Below are positions 41,829 through 51,801 of a stretch of 64,000 bases of DNA, in pieces. How positions within the stretch are numbered: position 1 is the first letter of the stretch; the number at the start of each line of letters is the position of its first letter. Under the pieces are notes generated by a model that saw nothing but the letters and a program-made list of their open reading frames with translations, had not been told where the DNA came from and did no database searches. Source of the stretch: an uncultured candidate division Zixibacteria bacterium (lineage in GTDB: Bacteria > Zixibacteria > MSB-5A5 > GN15 > PGXB01); assembly GCA_963702205.1 (NCBI GenBank), contig OY969724.1:3488001-3552000 (forward strand). Direction: 5' to 3'. Both the position numbers and the translations under genes were made by a program.

Positions 41829-42202
41829 AACACCGTGTACTGGTAATTGACGACGCCCCGGTGATTCGAGAACTTTTAAAAGACGTCCTGACCGACCTGG
41901 GGTTTCACGTTGACCTGGCCGGGAACGGTCTGATCGGCACTCAGCAGGTCGAAAAAAATGACTACGATCTTATTTTCTGTGACGTTCATATGCCCGTCCT
42001 GAACGGTCAGCAGACGGTACTGCGCATCAAAGAAACCAAACCCCATATACCGATAATAATGACCGACTCTTTTCCCGACCTCGACGCTCAGGAAGCACAG
42101 GACGCGGGCGCCATTTGCTGCCTGAACAAGCCCTTCGATCTTGATGAACTCAGACAAATGCTGAAACATTTTCTGAATGTTAATGAAATAAAAGTTTTTT
42201 AG
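41825..42202 (+). CDS. Single-domain response regulator
   Basis: LVIDDA, DLIFCDVHMP, CLNKPF. Confidence 0.92.
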   Translation: MKHRVLVIDDAPVIRELLKDVLTDLGFHVDLAGNGLIGTQQVEKNDYDLIFCDVHMPVLNGQQTVLRIKETKPHIPIIMTDSFPDLDAQEAQDAGAICCLNKPFDLDELRQMLKHFLNVNEIKVF

Positions 42203-42216
42203 GCGAGTCATCGTAG

Positions 42217-43901
42217 ATGGACGCGCAGACGACCAAAATCATAATTGTCGATGACGAAGAAATAGTCCTCTCCCTTGCACACGACGCCCTCGAAGACAGC
42301 GGCTATGAAATAGAACTGGCCAGGAGTGCTGATGAGGCCGTTCAAAAGCTGGAAAAAGGGTTCTTTGATTTTATCCTGACAGACATTCGTATGCCCGATT
42401 GCGACGGCATTCAGCTGGCCCGCATGGCTCGGCAGTTGATCCCTTCAATCGGCGTTATGTTCATGACCGGCTATGCCAACCTGAATTCCGCCAAGGATGC
42501 CATCAAGGAAGGCGCTTATGATTATATCATGAAGCCGTTCGAGTTAAACGAGATCAGACAGGCCGTCAAAAACGCCATCGGCAAGAAAAAGAACGAAACC
42601 GAAAAGACTCTGAATAACGAACTCAGCAGGCTTTCGGAACTGAACGAACTCATGTACACCATGGGGGACCGCAAATCGCTCGTGCGCCTCTCCCTCGGAT
42701 TCGCCATGATGCAGGCGCGGGCCTCGCGGGGAGCCATTGTTTTCAAGACTGGCGCCAAAAACGACGTCGAAGTAATCTCCACGGCCAACCTTGCCGGAAA
42801 CGATTTTGTCGAATCGATCATCTCACTTGAAAAAGACTATTTCTCACGATTGACCCCTGACCTCGACGTGCCCGCCATAATTGGTTCCCTGGACGAACAT
42901 CCGCTGTACAAAATGTACAGGTGACCGGAGCATGGCGAGCTTCCTTATTCCGCCATGGTTCAAAGAGTCGGATCAACTGGTCAACATTGCCCTCAAACGA
43001 GGCTCCCGACTGTTCGGAATGCTGATTATGGGCTACCAGGATGATTCGGATACGCTTAAAGGAAGTGACCTGAAATTTCTCGGAATCACGGCCAGCCAGA
43101 TCGCCATTTCGCTGGAAAATATCGCCTTGTTGGAGGATTCCCGCCACGCCTATGCCCGTCTCAAGGACCTTCAGGATCAGACCATACAGCTCGAAAAAAT
43201 GGCCGCCAAAGGCGAAATGTCGGCCGAGATTGGTCACGAACTCAACAATTTTCTCGGCGTCGTATCCGGCAACCTGTCGCTGATGGAACATCATCTTCAG
43301 AAAAAAAATTACGACGATCTGGAGAAATACCTGAAAGCTATTATCGCGAACCTGGAACAGATGAAAAAATTCACTTCCAACCTTATGGATTATTCCGGGA
43401 CCGACGGCGACTATACTATATGCAATATCAATGATCTAATCGACAACATCATTCAGTACCCTTCTGGCCCAAAAGAGAATGCATAATGTCGAAGTGAAAT
43501 TCGACCGGTCACAGGAAGATATTATTACCATGGCCGATAAAAGCCAGTTTCAGCAGCTTCTCTATAACCTTATCAACAACGCCGCCGATGCCACCCGCGA
43601 TAAGGCCGATACCGGCGGTACGGTCAGAGTCTCAACCGAGCTGTCGCGAGACGCCGGAAGTTTTACTTTGACCATCGAAGACGACGGCGTCGGATTTTCC
43701 CCGGAGCACCTCGAACACGCCTTTAATGCGAGATTTACGACCAAGGAAAACGGTCACGGTTTTGGGCTGTTGGTCTGTAAGAGAATTATAGAAAATCTTC
43801 ACGGACAACTGCACGTCGATTCTCAGCCCGGGTCAGGCACAAAAATAAACATTGACGTGCCGGTCAAATCCGAATCTAAACTGCCCGTCGCGGCTCTTTG
43901 A
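42217..43901 (+). CDS. Hybrid REC-GAF-histidine kinase split by two apparent +1 frameshifts (~42919, ~43460)
   Basis: REC (IVDDE, TDIRMP, KPF), GAF-like segment, GHELNN, QLLYNLINNA, DDGVG, TTKENGHGFGL in three consecutive frames. Confidence 0.85.
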
Positions 43902-43924
43902 TCCCAAGCTATATTTAAATAAAA

Positions 43925-43958
43925 AAGGCGGAATGCTCTATTACCGTCACATTCCGCC
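43925..43958. terminator. Hairpin between convergent genes
   Basis: GGCGGAATG..CATTCCGCC flanked by an A-run. Confidence 0.55.
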
Positions 43959-43982
43959 GGGAAAAAGGAAGAGACAAGGGTG

Positions 43983-45755
43983 TTACTTTTCCAGCGATAT
44001 CATAATGCCCCACTTTTGCGGATTCATGGGTGGCGATGCGTTAAAATCCGGGAAAGAATGCGAACCATCCGTAACATAGTAGGCGTAATAAGAACCCTTT
44101 TCGAGATAAATTGACTGATTGACCATGCGGTTCTTGTTGGCGCCCCCGGCGTGCCGGGTTTTGCGGTAGGTCATTTCCCAAACGACATCGCCGTTGTCGG
44201 CCTTTTCTATCCATCCATAATCGTACATATCGCCCGATGAACCTTCGCCCAAAGCGCTTATCCGCACCTTGCCGTCTTTATCCAGGGTGAATTTTTCACG
44301 AACGTCTTCATCGTTGCCGACTCCTGTCAAATCCACCAGGAAATTGGTATTTTTGGGCAGGTCCTCGAGGACTTCTATTTTGCTTTCATCGAAATCTTTG
44401 CCCACGCCGGAAATAGTAATGCCATACAGGTCCTTATCGATCGGCGGCGAGGCATTCCAGTCGCGGTAAGCGTGGGAATCATCCGTTACATAGTACACGG
44501 CATACGTGCCCGCCGGCAGCTTGATGTTACCGTCGAACTTCCTGTTTTTCCGCGCTCCCCCGGCGTGCTCGGTGTTGTCTGCCGTCATTTCCCAAACCAC
44601 TTCACTCGCATTATAATCTTCGATCCATCCGTAATCGGCAAAATTGTCGTCACTGCCTATTTCTCCGATCGCGAGAATATGCAGTTCCATCGGTTCTTTC
44701 AAGATAAAGCCCATCTGCTTGAACTGGCTGTTGCGGACTCGCGTGAGGGAAATTATCGTCTTCTGGGCGAATTGATCCTGATACTCGTGAATGTACTGCT
44801 TGTCGTTCGGATCGAGGGTGTATAAAACCATGCCATAGTGCAAAGGATCGTACGGCGGCGGGACGTTCCAGGCGCCGAAACTATGACTGTCGTCGGTTCC
44901 GACAAAGGCCAGGTAATTTCCTGCCGGGAGCTCTATTTCGCCCACGAAACCGCGATTTTTCCGGCCGCCTCCCGCCCACGACGTGTTCCAGCGATCCATC
45001 GACCAGATTTTTTCTCTCGTGTCGGCGTTTATGATCCAGCCGTAATCGACAAAAATCCGATCACCGCTGGAATACTCGCCTATAGCATCGATCTTGATCT
45101 TCATATCGCGATCGAGGGTGAAGCCTTTCTTTTCGTAAAAGTCGTCATCGGGTTTGGACAGGTCGACAAAGGAGTTTTCTTCCTGAATTTTGACCGGATC
45201 GTATTTCTCGAAACTTCCTTCGGGCGCATTGATCGTCATCATTATCAGGTCCGAGTCTTCGGTATATTCGCCATCGTATTTTCGGACTTCGTCGCTGTCA
45301 AAAATGTCACCGATAATTTCGAAGACGCCGTCCAGACCCTTCAAATTGGTCGAAATTCCTGAAAAATAATAGGGGCTGCCAACATAAAAATAGGCTTCAT
45401 AGCTGCCCGGATCCAGCGTCAATTCACCGGAATATTCCCTGAGATACTTGGACCTTTTGTAACGTTCGGTATCATCGGCGTTGAGCACCCAAACCGGTTC
45501 CCTGCTTTTGGCATCCAGAATCCAACCGTAAGCGAACATCTCATCCGAGTATTTGGATTCGGCTCCGATCGCCTCGATTGAAAGTCTGGTCTTTTCCTTT
45601 AACTTAAAGCCATCGACGGCCAGGTCGCCAGTTCTGAAATCCCGCATGTCTATTACCGTCTCGCCGGCTTTGGCGGTGGTGGTACCGAAAGCGACTATAA
45701 TCGGAAGAACCACGACCACAACAGCCGTCCCCAGCAAGGCCTTAATTTTCGCCAA
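43983..45755 (-). CDS. Secreted protein with four repeats of an uncharacterised beta domain
   Basis: Signal peptide; four YGWI..xW; AGG.xKNR and TDxSH in repeats 2-4. Confidence 0.8.
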   Translation of the reverse strand: MAKIKALLGTAVVVVVLPIIVAFGTTTAKAGETVIDMRDFRTGDLAVDGFKLKEKTRLSIEAIGAESKYSDEMFAYGWILDAKSREPVWVLNADDTERYKRSKYLREYSGELTLDPGSYEAYFYVGSPYYFSGISTNLKGLDGVFEIIGDIFDSDEVRKYDGEYTEDSDLIMMTINAPEGSFEKYDPVKIQEENSFVDLSKPDDDFYEKKGFTLDRDMKIKIDAIGEYSSGDRIFVDYGWIINADTREKIWSMDRWNTSWAGGGRKNRGFVGEIELPAGNYLAFVGTDDSHSFGAWNVPPPYDPLHYGMVLYTLDPNDKQYIHEYQDQFAQKTIISLTRVRNSQFKQMGFILKEPMELHILAIGEIGSDDNFADYGWIEDYNASEVVWEMTADNTEHAGGARKNRKFDGNIKLPAGTYAVYYVTDDSHAYRDWNASPPIDKDLYGITISGVGKDFDESKIEVLEDLPKNTNFLVDLTGVGNDEDVREKFTLDKDGKVRISALGEGSSGDMYDYGWIEKADNGDVVWEMTYRKTRHAGGANKNRMVNQSIYLEKGSYYAYYVTDGSHSFPDFNASPPMNPQKWGIMISLEK

Positions 45756-45889
45756 AATTTCTCCTTTCCCTGTATATGAAACTCATACTAATCTGGTTTA
45801 CGAATCCGTAGGTTAAGAGTTTCAAGAGTTTGGCCTGATTATCATCGCCCCGCAGATGATCCGCGGGGCGATGATTTTGGCAAAAATTA

Positions 45890-47242
45890 TTAAAAGTCGG
45901 TGGTCCCTGTGAATTTGAAGGAACCCAGATGCAGGGCCGGTACCGCCAGACAGCCGACGGCATCCCACCACGACGGAATCAACTGCCGGTCTTTCGAAAT
46001 GCCTTTAACATTCGAGAAGGCCCGGATAATCGAATCGGTGAAGCGCAGGTTTTTGATACCGTGTTGGATTTCGCCGTTTTCCACCCAGAACGTGCCGTCG
46101 CGGGTCATCCCGGTCAAGACGGCTTTGGGCGTATCGATAAAGCCGTTGAGGTAGTGGAAACGAGTAATCAAAATTCCGCGCGGCATCGAGTGCAGCATTT
46201 CATCTCTCGCTTTGTCTCCCGGAGCCATAAACAGGTTCAGGGCTATCGCTCCTTCCCCCTGGCTGTCGGCAGTCAGGGCATGACCGGTGGATTGAGTCCC
46301 CGCTCGGGCGGCGGAAGTGCGGTCATACACGACCCCTTTGGGAACGCCTTTATCGACGAAGACCACTTTCTTTTTGGGCACACCTTCGAAGTCGAACGGT
46401 ATCGCGATGCCGCTCGGATCGTTGCCGTCGTCATAGATCGTTATGGAATCGTCCATGATCTTCTTGTCGAGATTGTGGGCGATAAACGACGTCTTCTCTT
46501 CGAACGCCTTGGAACCGAACGCAATATAGTTGGTCCATTCCATCGCTTCGGCTACGGCCGCCGGTTCGAGGATGACTTCGTATTCCCCTTCCTTGAGCGG
46601 TTTCGGCTTTTTCGCTTTGTACGCCTTTTCGACCGCAATATCGGCCAGAGCAACGGGGTCAATGTCTGCGACATTGCGCGACATGCCGCTGGCATAACCC
46701 GACGACGAGTTAGACATGGCGATTACATTGAGACTGGAGCCGGTCACCGGCTGATAGCAGCGCACTCCGTTGGTATTGAATACGGCTATTTCGCCTTCGC
46801 CGGTCGAGAAAGCTCCGGCCATCGTGAACTTGCGGCGATTGGAACGATAGATCATCTTTTTGACCATGCGGGCCCGGTCATTGGGCTTATAATTGGCGGT
46901 CGCCTCGAAATACGTTTTTATATCAGCGTACGCCTCGGGCCCAGGTAAACCCTGAAAATACTTGTTGTCCTTTTGGTATTTCGAAATCTCGATGGCGTTT
47001 TTAAGCGTCGCCTTAAGATCGTTTAAGGCCATGGAATTGGTCGAGGCCACACCGATTTTTTTGCCGCGTATCGCCCGGAACATAATCGTCGCATTGGTTT
47101 CGTGGACGTTTTGGTGAATCGTCGAATTGGCGTAACGGGTCAGCCCGGTGTCTCTGCCGATAAAGACGATTTCGGTCTGGTCGGCTTTCGATGATTTAGC
47201 CACCGTTTCAAAAGTCGAAAATATCTTGTCTTTGCCTATCAT
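45890..47242 (-). CDS. tldE: TldE/PmbA family protein
   Basis: TRYANSTIHQN, YEVILEPAAV, PFDFEG, LTGMTRDGTF, NLRFT; lacks HExxxH. Confidence 0.85.
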   Translation of the reverse strand: MIGKDKIFSTFETVAKSSKADQTEIVFIGRDTGLTRYANSTIHQNVHETNATIMFRAIRGKKIGVASTNSMALNDLKATLKNAIEISKYQKDNKYFQGLPGPEAYADIKTYFEATANYKPNDRARMVKKMIYRSNRRKFTMAGAFSTGEGEIAVFNTNGVRCYQPVTGSSLNVIAMSNSSSGYASGMSRNVADIDPVALADIAVEKAYKAKKPKPLKEGEYEVILEPAAVAEAMEWTNYIAFGSKAFEEKTSFIAHNLDKKIMDDSITIYDDGNDPSGIAIPFDFEGVPKKKVVFVDKGVPKGVVYDRTSAARAGTQSTGHALTADSQGEGAIALNLFMAPGDKARDEMLHSMPRGILITRFHYLNGFIDTPKAVLTGMTRDGTFWVENGEIQHGIKNLRFTDSIIRAFSNVKGISKDRQLIPSWWDAVGCLAVPALHLGSFKFTGTTDF

Positions 47243-48681
47243 TTGCTCACCCCCACCTTGATCTGGCGGAACCGAGCTGGCGACGTTCCGTGCGCCACGT
47301 GGGCCGATTGCATCGGCTCTCCCTTCCCGCAGTTGGGCACGCCCCACACATGCCAGTTATTTTTATTGCAGATAGCATCGCAGGAATTCCAGAACTTGGG
47401 CGTCATGGCCGTGTAAAGAGGGTTTTTGTACATCTTGCCCAGCTTGCCATTCTTGATTTCCCAGGCACACTCCACACCGAACTGGAAATTGAGCCGCTGA
47501 TCGTCGATCGACCACGACTTATTGGCATCGAAGAAAATGCCGTCGGCGGTATCGGCGATTAGATCGTCAAGCTCCCATTCGCCCGGTTCAAGATTGATAT
47601 TGGTCATGCGAATGAGCGGTACCCGGTTCCACCCGTCGGCTCGCATCGTACCGTTGGAGCGCTGACCGATAACCGGTGCGGTCTCGCGACTGGTTTGATA
47701 CCCGACATGCACGCCGTTTTGAATTATCGGAGCCCGCTGCGCCTTGACACCTTCGTCGTCGTAACCGAACGACCCGAGGCCGCCTTCGACCGTAGCATCG
47801 GCGAAAATGTTGACGATGTCGGAACCGTACTTGAGCTTGTTCAAGCCGTCGATCTGCATGAATGAACCGCCGGCCAGCGAAATTTCGGTCCCGAGAACGC
47901 GGTCGAGTTCGGTCGGATGACCGCACGATTCATGTACCTGCAAAGCCATCTGCGAACCGCAGATGATAATGTCCTTGACCGTATCGGGACAAGCCTCGGC
48001 GGTCAGAAGCTGTAACGCTTCCTCGCGCACCCGGTCGACGTGATCCGGCAATTTCAGGCTTTCGATAAATTCATAACCCAGGGTCGCGAAATCGCCCCTG
48101 TGCGAGTTTGGATATGAGCGCTTTTGCACGTCGTTGCCGTCGTACGCTATGGCCTCATACCCGGCACCGGATTCGAGCAGGTCCTGTTCGATCTCGGCGC
48201 CTTCAGTGGAACAGAAAACCTTGTTGTACTTGAAAAAGTCCATCGACCCCGAAGCCGTCTTGATGCGGTCGTCGGTTTTGAGTTTGTCGCAGATTTCCAG
48301 CAGCAGGCCCATCTTTTCATCGAGCGGGACAGCGAACGGGTCTTTGGCAAACCTGGTCTTGTAATGATCCTTGAACGCTTCCTGTTCGGCGAGACGGACC
48401 GCCTCTTTCTTGGTTGTGGCCGAGGCACGGGCTATCTGAAGAGCCTTGTTGGCGGTTTTCTTGATATCGCCATCCCTGGTCGACGCGATCGAGGCAAAGC
48501 CCCAGGCCCCGTTATAGAGCACCCGGACGCCGACCCCGACATTGACTTCGCGGTTGAGCGTATCGACCGTGCCGTCGGTCACCCGGACGGATTCGGTTTC
48601 CTTCCGGACGTACCGGCAATCGGCATAATCGACCGATTTGCCTTTGAGCCAGTCGAGCGCGTTTGATAATTTATCTTTCAT
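47239..48681 (-). CDS. tldD: TldD family metalloprotease
   Basis: HESCGHPTELDR, GYDDEGV, RMTNINL, NCGKGEP. Confidence 0.92.
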   Translation of the reverse strand: MKDKLSNALDWLKGKSVDYADCRYVRKETESVRVTDGTVDTLNREVNVGVGVRVLYNGAWGFASIASTRDGDIKKTANKALQIARASATTKKEAVRLAEQEAFKDHYKTRFAKDPFAVPLDEKMGLLLEICDKLKTDDRIKTASGSMDFFKYNKVFCSTEGAEIEQDLLESGAGYEAIAYDGNDVQKRSYPNSHRGDFATLGYEFIESLKLPDHVDRVREEALQLLTAEACPDTVKDIIICGSQMALQVHESCGHPTELDRVLGTEISLAGGSFMQIDGLNKLKYGSDIVNIFADATVEGGLGSFGYDDEGVKAQRAPIIQNGVHVGYQTSRETAPVIGQRSNGTMRADGWNRVPLIRMTNINLEPGEWELDDLIADTADGIFFDANKSWSIDDQRLNFQFGVECAWEIKNGKLGKMYKNPLYTAMTPKFWNSCDAICNKNNWHVWGVPNCGKGEPMQSAHVAHGTSPARFRQIKVGVSK

Positions 48682-48817
48682 CCTTCCTCCAAAACACGGA
48701 TTGATATTTCACATGCAGAAATTACGGATTTTTAATTTACGAGTTTTGAAAAATAAAATCAAGGAGGGAAAATAAAACCAAAATCGTAAAATCCGAGGTT
48801 AATTCAAAAATGTCAAC

Positions 48818-48861
48818 TCGTAAATTACGATTTGAAATTCGTTGGTCCTCGTAAATTACGA
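48818..48861. promoter_or_regulatory. Paired palindromic enhancer sites TCGTAAATTACGA (48818-30, 48849-61)
   Basis: Two 13-bp palindromes 31 bp apart; architecture repeated at 53983-54026. Confidence 0.8.
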
Positions 48862-48961
48862 GATAACCTCCTTAACATCTATCTGCTCTATCTTTATGTA
48901 TTCATAAATTTGACGTTTATTGACAAAGGCTTACGAGCCAATTTTTTGTCACATTCATTAT

Positions 48962-48977
48962 CGGCACAAATCTTGAT
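48962..48977 (+). promoter_or_regulatory. Sigma54-type -24/-12 promoter
   Basis: CGGCAC-N5-TTGAT (GG to GA spacing 12); near-identical copies at 54127 and 56532. Confidence 0.7.
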
Positions 48978-49004
48978 TTACAATTTTATGACATCATGAC
49001 AGGT

Positions 49005-49103
49005 AGACATACCCAGCCTGTACCTATTGGTTAATCGAGGCCGGAAATACATCGGGCCGGTCGGATGGCGACCGCCCGATCCGGCCATAAATTGGAAGGG
49101 GGT
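49005..49103 (+). repeat. Conserved structured leader, copy 1
   Basis: AGCCTGTACCTATTGGTTAATCGAGGCCGGA..ATCGGGC..GACCGCCCGATCCGGC..GAAGGGGGT shared with 54171-54271. Confidence 0.85.
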
Positions 49104-49186
49104 TTATTATTGGATTATTGGATCGAAAATTCACGCGGTTTAATCCGCAGAAATCATTTGCATTTTTAAAGTGGAAGGAGTAAACT

Positions 49187-50113
49187 ATGTTTAAGGGAAG
49201 GCTCTTTAAAGCAGTTTCATTGTTAATCGTGGTGGCCATGATGAACCTTATGGTAGCATGTAGCACATCCAAAGCCCCGACCGGGGAAAATTCGTCAATT
49301 GATAAAAATCGGATTGATTCAGCGCCGCTGACCGGCGCAGATAATATGGACACACAAATTCAGTATGTAGGCAATAACACGATTAAAACCTTCGAGTTAC
49401 CGAATGGGGTCAGCATTGACATAACTGACTACAAAGTTTCCGATGACAACTATGTTATAAGATTCCAATATAATTCGTCCGGCATTATCGTAATCCGCGA
49501 CGCCGTCATTTCGTTCGATTTTACAAAATTAAATCTATATGATCTTTTTGGTAACAGGATTTATCATTACGCCGTCAATTTGGCGGAGGACAGCAATTCC
49601 GTCGATTTTACGTATGACACAGATCAGGATGAACTCATTGTTTCTTATTACACCAATGAAACGAGGCGAAGATACGAATTCATGGGCGATGTTGTCGATA
49701 TTTCATTTGAAAACGAAGATCAATTGGACAGCGCAGGATGGTTATTTCAGAATTATACGGAAGAAAACAAGTTCATATTATCGCAGGATGATCTTGCATT
49801 ATACGAAAAAATAGCCAGCGTAAATCAATTGTTTTCGGCACCAAGTTCATTTACGGATAATACAGACGCCGAGGTTTCAGCTTATATGGTAGGATATGAA
49901 CCGTTTATAAAGTGGGCATTCACGCATGACAATGAGCCATCAATGAAAATGAAATATCCAAAATGGTGGAATCCGTTTTGTCATGTTGCAAATTACGCGA
50001 CACTAACGTGTGCCTGCTGGTTTACGGGTTTGTGCATAATCATTTGCGTCCCGGCTGTCGGAATTTCAATAGTGTGCGAAGTCACATATTGGTATGATGT
50101 CTTTAGCAAATAG
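49187..50113 (+). CDS. Lipoprotein with C-terminal twin-CX9C hydrophobic tail (putative toxin/bacteriocin precursor)
   Basis: MVAC lipobox, acidic body, PKW..C-x9-C..C-x9-C tail; RBS AAGGAG. Confidence 0.75.
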   Translation: MFKGRLFKAVSLLIVVAMMNLMVACSTSKAPTGENSSIDKNRIDSAPLTGADNMDTQIQYVGNNTIKTFELPNGVSIDITDYKVSDDNYVIRFQYNSSGIIVIRDAVISFDFTKLNLYDLFGNRIYHYAVNLAEDSNSVDFTYDTDQDELIVSYYTNETRRRYEFMGDVVDISFENEDQLDSAGWLFQNYTEENKFILSQDDLALYEKIASVNQLFSAPSSFTDNTDAEVSAYMVGYEPFIKWAFTHDNEPSMKMKYPKWWNPFCHVANYATLTCACWFTGLCIIICVPAVGISIVCEVTYWYDVFSK

Positions 50114-50122
50114 GAGGGGAAA

Positions 50123-50368
50123 ATGCCTTATGTCGTCAGCGTATTAAGTCTGCTATCTATGCTTTGCGGGGTGGTATTCATAATTATTGGATATTCACAA
50201 CACAATCCCGAAAAAAGCCTGTTCAGTTTTAAAAACCCCTTTAACCCGCTCAAAATGCGGCCATGGTTTAAAAGTAACTGGGGATACAAATTCGGTATAT
50301 CCGGCGGCTTTTTATTAGCATTTGGCGGATTACTTGGATTGGTTCGCCAATGGATAATGAAGGGTTAA
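50123..50368 (+). CDS. Small two-TM protein (putative immunity)
   Basis: RBS GGAGGG 9 nt after the upstream stop; two hydrophobic helices around NPFNP..WF...GY. Confidence 0.7.
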   Translation: MPYVVSVLSLLSMLCGVVFIIIGYSQHNPEKSLFSFKNPFNPLKMRPWFKSNWGYKFGISGGFLLAFGGLLGLVRQWIMKG

Positions 50369-50395
50369 GTATATCTAAGCGAAGATATACGCAAT

Positions 50396-50434
50396 ATTGA
50401 TGGTCAGGTGCCACCTGCGCACCTGATCATCAAT
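50396..50434. repeat. Palindrome sharing a TCAGGTG/CACCTGA core with the 721-769 hairpin
   Basis: ATTGATGGTCAGGTG-9nt-CACCTGATCATCAAT. Confidence 0.6.
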
Positions 50435-50535
50435 AGAAAGTTATGTGAAGCGATTACATCAATTGTTGTCGTTTGCTATGTCACAAAAATTACCGGCGCG
50501 GACGCGGCGGCGCCTTAAAAGAATGAAAGGACAAT

Positions 50536-50772
50536 ATGGCACAGCATTTAACAAAATGGTCTCTGCCGCAATTCATCATCACTGTCATTATGGGCGCCTT
50601 ACTATTTAAAGGCGCGGACTATCTCCTTAAATCAGGAAATGGCGACACTCTGGTTATTGCAAGCGGTATGTTAATTACAGTCGGCTACTCAGATTTAATA
50701 ACGGTTTTGCTCAGGCTATGCAAGAAGGAAAAGTCTGAAAAAAAGCGGGCCGAGCCGCAGAATCAATCCTGA
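50536..50772 (+). CDS. Small two-TM protein
   Basis: RBS AAAGGA; two hydrophobic segments and a basic tail. Confidence 0.6.
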   Translation: MAQHLTKWSLPQFIITVIMGALLFKGADYLLKSGNGDTLVIASGMLITVGYSDLITVLLRLCKKEKSEKKRAEPQNQS

Positions 50773-50799
50773 TTGCTTCCGTTTGAAAGGAGTCATAGT

Positions 50800-51090
50800 A
50801 TGGGTGTAATTTCTATAATCCTTCAAATTGTATCGTTGGCAGCTTTGGTTGCCGGATTGATCCTTATGGTCTCTTCGCGCAAATACAGAACACAGGAATA
50901 TCCACGGATGACTTTAGCGAACTTGTTTAATCCCAAATACTGGATCCCGTTCTGGAAAGCGCAGCAGTGGTTTACTCCGGGCGGCTTCAGGATGTATTTT
51001 TGCGGGGTGATTTTTGCCGAACTTGGCGCAATTACATTATTAATTAATAGCTACCTTGAACACGGGCAAATACTGGGGATAAGATTTTAA
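50800..51090 (+). CDS. Small two-TM protein (putative immunity)
   Basis: RBS AAGGAG; NLFNP..WF.PGGF loop similar to 50123-50368. Confidence 0.7.
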   Translation: MGVISIILQIVSLAALVAGLILMVSSRKYRTQEYPRMTLANLFNPKYWIPFWKAQQWFTPGGFRMYFCGVIFAELGAITLLINSYLEHGQILGIRF

Positions 51091-51188
51091 AGATTCGGTT
51101 GCGCTGGAGATGACGTGCGATCTCCGCTCTATCGGTGTAACCGGTTACGCCGCATTCACTTTGTCAATTTTTGTCACAATATTACTCC

Positions 51189-51217
51189 TTGACAAAGTTT
51201 TAATCACTTTATATAAT
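51189..51217 (+). promoter_or_regulatory. Perfect-consensus sigma70 promoter for the peptide/EBP operon
   Basis: TTGACA-17bp-TATAAT. Confidence 0.75.
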
Positions 51218-51456
51218 TTTATAGAAATAGGCCAAAAGGGCTGGGATTATATTTCTAAGATTCTTTCAACGTCTGTCCGATAATTAAACCAGCCATATAA
51301 ATGGTCACAATTGAACGGGGGTGGATCGTTTTATTTTCTGAAGCGGCATCATTGAAGCGACATCACAATTGGTTCGAAAGCAAATTTAACAAATTAAAGA
51401 TAAGACCTCACACATACGGGGGATGTGAATAAAATCTAATTGGTGAGGAGACAAAT

Positions 51457-51801
51457 ATGAAAATGATAAAGACGACTTTCGCGGCAATATTGCTGATGTT
51501 GTTGTTAACCTCAATATCTTCAGCCTGGCAACCGCCGCCGATTAATGGGCCGATTAGAATAAGTGATGTTGATGGACATCCGTGGGGAGGAACTTCTGTT
51601 GAATGTGATATTCTGAATCCATCTGAAAAAGCTTATTCGTTGAATGAAAATATTGGATTTCTGATTGAATCAGCATCAATCAACTTGATACAACTGATAT
51701 TCCCCAACTTTAAAATTAGCATTAGCGGGAAAACCGACAATTTAATAAATTGGAATAGGGTATCATCGGAAGATGAAAGAAACAATAGCGGAAAACCTTA
51801 A
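51457..51801 (+). CDS. Small secreted protein (putative signalling pro-peptide)
   Basis: RBS GAGGAG; Sec signal ending SSA; WQPPP..DGHPWGG; overlaps the EBP start by 29 nt. Confidence 0.7.
   Translation: MKMIKTTFAAILLMLLLTSISSAWQPPPINGPIRISDVDGHPWGGTSVECDILNPSEKAYSLNENIGFLIESASINLIQLIFPNFKISISGKTDNLINWNRVSSEDERNNSGKP

Noticed and set aside
45929..46948. Long antisense ORFs (also 33557-34501, 32311-33099, 27324-27995)
   Set aside because: They are shadows of well-supported genes on the opposite strand and have no recognisable motifs.
49024..49353. Similar minus-strand ORFs ending PASINQ (also 54190-54435)
   Set aside because: The similarity comes from the duplicated leader, and both overlap the lipoprotein genes antisense.
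50114..51180. Integron cassette array (small genes separated by palindromes)
   Set aside because: The palindromes lack RYYYAAC/GTTRRRY attC ends, are unlike each other, and no integrase is present.
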